NCBI GenBank assembly: GCA_964496765.1
Contig: CAZCAP010000011.1
Location: 1-25,262, forward strand
Length of the DNA stretch: 25,262 nt
Direction of reading: 5' to 3'
DNA from: an uncultured archaeon
GTDB lineage: Archaea; Iainarchaeota; Iainarchaeia; Iainarchaeales; CSSED10-239
A model generated the notes under the pieces. That model did not search any database. It was not told the DNA's origin and was given only the letters and a program-made list of their open reading frames with translations. Shown here in pieces: positions 22,956 through 25,262 of the stretch. The position numbers and the translations under genes were made by a program. How positions within the stretch are numbered: position 1 is the stretch's first letter; every line of letters starts with the position of its first letter.

Positions 22956-24501
22956 GTTGTAACCCAAGATCATCTAATTTTTGTTTATCAATCTCTGATG
23001 GAGAATTTTCCATTAAACCTTCTGCGGCCTTACTTTTGGGGAATGCAATTACTTCCCTAATTGAATCTTCTCCGCACAAAAGCATTACAAGTCTATCAAG
23101 CCCAAGTGCAAGCCCACCATGTGGTGGAACCCCTTTATTAAAAGCATCAAGAAGAAAACCAAAGTTAGTAATTATTTGTTCTTCATTAAGTCCTAATAAA
23201 GTAAATATCTTTCTCTGCATATCCCTATCATGTATTCTAATACTTCCACCACCAAGCTCAGTTCCATTTAGAACAATATCATAGCCTCTACTCTTCATTT
23301 TTGCTTCTTGATCATTTATGTTCTTTGGTTGGGTGAATGGATGGTGCATTGCCATAAATCTTTTTTCTGTTTCTGAGTATTCAAACATTGGAAAATCAAC
23401 AACCCACAAAAATTTATCTTCTCCCTTATTTAATCCAAGAATCTTTGCAATATCGCTTCTTACGGTACCTAGATCAATATATGGTTTGTAAATATATTCC
23501 TCTTTTGGTTTATTTACGGAAATAATCATTTTATTTTCTTCAATCTTATACTCAATAGATTTTTTATCAGAAAGATAACTAATTATTTCTGATTTATTTT
23601 CGGTCTCAAAATAAACTATTCCATTTTTTTCTTGGAATTCTAACCCACAACGAAGATCAGGTTTATCTGAACCATATTTATGGATTACTTCATCATAGGG
23701 AATTTTCATAAAAGGTTCTTTATATTCAATTCCTTTAACTTCTTTCCATATTGTTTTAAGTAATCCTTCAATAACTTCTTGAATATCCTCTTCTTCAATA
23801 AAACTCATCTCTAGGTCTATTTGTGTGAACTCTGGTTGTCTATCGGATCGTAAATCTTCATCTCTAAAGCATTTTGGGATTTGAAAATACCTATTGTATC
23901 CTGCAACCATTAATAGTTGCTTATATAACTGAGGACTTTGTGGGAGGGCATAAAACTTACCTTGATTTATTCTTGATGGCACAAGATAATCTCTTGCTCC
24001 TTCAGGGGTACTTTTACCGAGAATAGGAGTTTCTATTTCATTAAAATCAAGATTAAATAAATAATCTCTAACTATTTTTGTTATCTTTGATCTTAGGATC
24101 ATATTCTTTTGGACCTTATCAGTTCTTAAGTATAAAACTCTATTTTTCAAGATTGTTTCTTCAGTTGGATTAATTTCATTTACGTTTGTATTGTTGAATG
24201 GAACCTCTCTTGCAATGGAGTGAACAATTACTTCTGATGCAAGTAATTCTAAATCCTTTTCAGATCCTTGTTTTTTTTGTAAAACACCAATAACAGAAAT
24301 ACATGATTCTGGAGTTAAATCTTTTAATCTTGAAACAATTTCTTTATCTGTTACAACTATTTGGATCTTACCAGATAAATCACGCAATTCAATGAATGCA
24401 ATTTTGCCTAAATTTCTAAAAACATTTACCCAACCATTAAGCTTAACCTTTTGATTTAGGTCTTTTGTTCTTTCAATAATTTCTTTAATTGTATAATTCA
24501 T
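22945..24501 (-). CDS. aspS: Aspartyl-tRNA synthetase, bacterial type, with a short insertion domain
   Basis: 518 aa. It has an N-terminal OB anticodon-binding fold (GWVNVFRNLGKIAFIELRDLSGKIQIVV), class II motifs QSPQLYKQLLMVAGYNRYFQIPKCFRDEDLRSDRQPEFTQIDLEMSF, and GGGSIRIHD...PPHGGLALGLDRLVML. Confidence 0.9.
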   Translation of the reverse strand: MNYTIKEIIERTKDLNQKVKLNGWVNVFRNLGKIAFIELRDLSGKIQIVVTDKEIVSRLKDLTPESCISVIGVLQKKQGSEKDLELLASEVIVHSIAREVPFNNTNVNEINPTEETILKNRVLYLRTDKVQKNMILRSKITKIVRDYLFNLDFNEIETPILGKSTPEGARDYLVPSRINQGKFYALPQSPQLYKQLLMVAGYNRYFQIPKCFRDEDLRSDRQPEFTQIDLEMSFIEEEDIQEVIEGLLKTIWKEVKGIEYKEPFMKIPYDEVIHKYGSDKPDLRCGLEFQEKNGIVYFETENKSEIISYLSDKKSIEYKIEENKMIISVNKPKEEYIYKPYIDLGTVRSDIAKILGLNKGEDKFLWVVDFPMFEYSETEKRFMAMHHPFTQPKNINDQEAKMKSRGYDIVLNGTELGGGSIRIHDRDMQRKIFTLLGLNEEQIITNFGFLLDAFNKGVPPHGGLALGLDRLVMLLCGEDSIREVIAFPKSKAAEGLMENSPSEIDKQKLDDLGLQLKK

Positions 24502-24541
24502 ACTTAATCACTAAATAATATAGATACAATATATTTATATA

Positions 24542-25147
24542 TTATTTTAAAATTGTTATTTCTTCAACCCAAAAAACTTCACAAGCACCAGGTCCATCAT
24601 CAGTTCTTGTAAGTGAGGAATTAATTAGCCATCCAGAATCTGATTGGACGTTTACTAAATAACCTTTTATATTTACAATATCATTCTTATTTACTTTTCT
24701 TAATTGCCTTTGAATGGATTTATCATCTGTTAACAGGTGCACATTTGCACTACTTTCTGTTGCTTCTTTTACAGTAATTAATTGATAATTATTTTTAAAA
24801 TGCCATAAATAGAATCTAGTGTATTGTATAACGGATATATCTTTTACAATATTATAATCAGACATTTTATTCCAACCAAGCGCAAAATCAAATTTAGATA
24901 ATTTTGACATTTTATCATTATATTTTTTAGTACTTAAAACTCTTGCAGTAATATCATATTCTGCAACTTTTGTGATTGTATATGCTCCTGTTTTAAAAGA
25001 ATCTAAAGCATCTAAGTTCTTTTGATAAGGATCTAGGTTTACAACTACATCTTGATTTTTATTAAAAGAAGGATAAATAAACAAAAAAATTAAAACTAAA
25101 ATAATTATTATAATTAATAGGTTTAGAAATTTCATTTTAAAAAACAC
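24542..25147 (-). CDS. Hypothetical N-terminally membrane-anchored protein
   Basis: 201 aa. A single N-terminal TM segment (FLNLLIIIIILVLIFLFIY) is followed by a soluble domain ending in SSLTRTDDGPGACEVFWVEEI. No family assigned. Confidence 0.55.
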   Translation of the reverse strand: MFFKMKFLNLLIIIIILVLIFLFIYPSFNKNQDVVVNLDPYQKNLDALDSFKTGAYTITKVAEYDITARVLSTKKYNDKMSKLSKFDFALGWNKMSDYNIVKDISVIQYTRFYLWHFKNNYQLITVKEATESSANVHLLTDDKSIQRQLRKVNKNDIVNIKGYLVNVQSDSGWLINSSLTRTDDGPGACEVFWVEEITILK

Positions 25148-25186
25148 TCAAAATATATTAATATTTTAAATTAATCTTAAATAAAG

Positions 25187-25261
25187 CAGACCGGGTGGGA
25201 TTCGAACCCACGATCTCAAGCTTAGGAGGCTTGCATACTATCCAGGCTGTACTACCGGTCT
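25187..25261 (-). tRNA. tRNA-Arg (anticodon CCT)
   Basis: The reverse strand folds as a 75-nt cloverleaf. Acceptor stem is AGACCGG/CCGGTCT, D stem GTAC/GTAT with loop AGCCTGGATA, and anticodon stem CAAGC/GCTTG with loop CTCCTAA (anticodon CCT). The variable loop is AGATC, the T arm is GTGGG-TTCGAAT-CCCAC, and the discriminator is G. No CCA is encoded. Confidence 0.9.
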
Positions 25262-25262
25262 A

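Noticed and set aside
2337-23284. All other short track ORFs nested in or antisense to long genes: 2337..2528, 5886..6074, 5893..6087, 7804..8028, 9525..9791, 11527..11835, 12082..12267, 13266..13454, 13764..14003, 14112..14339, 14279..14506, 14421..14606, 14898..15119, 15305..15598, 16688..16984, 16711..16905, 16818..17078, 21278..21475, 21537..21755, 22280..22546, 22952..23284
   Set aside because: Each lies entirely, or almost entirely, inside a longer ORF with recognisable family motifs. AT-rich genomes generate many such 60-110-codon shadows. None shows a recognisable motif, and several are plain repeat echoes (for example 14898..15119 mirrors the 24-bp repeat).

Overview
AT-rich, densely coded window that looks archaeal, probably a small-genome DPANN-type lineage. 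Support: class III signal-peptide pilins, an A24 prepilin peptidase, FlaI/FlaJ-type assembly genes, NMD3, a beta-CASP RNase, TTTAWATA-type TATA boxes and GGAGGTGA-like SD sites, alongside a bacterial-type AspRS. Layout: (1) 1..3660 holds an AbiEi/AbiEii toxin-antitoxin pair and an AAA_14/DUF4143 ATPase. Two perfectly identical 69-bp operator-plus-TATA modules accompany them, and the islet is wedged between two copies of a pilin promoter/5' end, one intact and one a decayed stub. (2) 3724..9766 (minus strand) holds two paralogous pilin-adhesin fusion genes with the same prepilin N-terminus, N-domain and repeat stalk but different C-terminal heads. The larger one (1437 codons) is cut by a single in-frame TAA inside a repeat. 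(3) 9894..16630 (minus strand) holds a type IV pilus-like assembly cluster: a DUF192 protein, two T2SS-F/FlaJ-like membrane proteins, a 1132-aa FlaI/PilB homolog and the prepilin peptidase. The ATPase homolog has a destroyed Walker A/P-loop and a ~690-aa low-complexity N-terminal extension with an 8-aa tandem repeat. (4) 16650..25261 is housekeeping: PHP and DHH phosphoesterases, an ATP-grasp protein, beta-CASP RNase, NMD3, two hypotheticals, AspRS, a membrane-anchored hypothetical and tRNA-Arg(CCT). I saw no CRISPR array, transposase or integrase. The best candidates for something undescribed are the pilus locus (motor apparently catalytically dead, pilins carrying swappable adhesin heads) and the AbiE/ATPase trio sharing one operator-promoter. 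All family assignments come from motif recognition by eye, not from searches.
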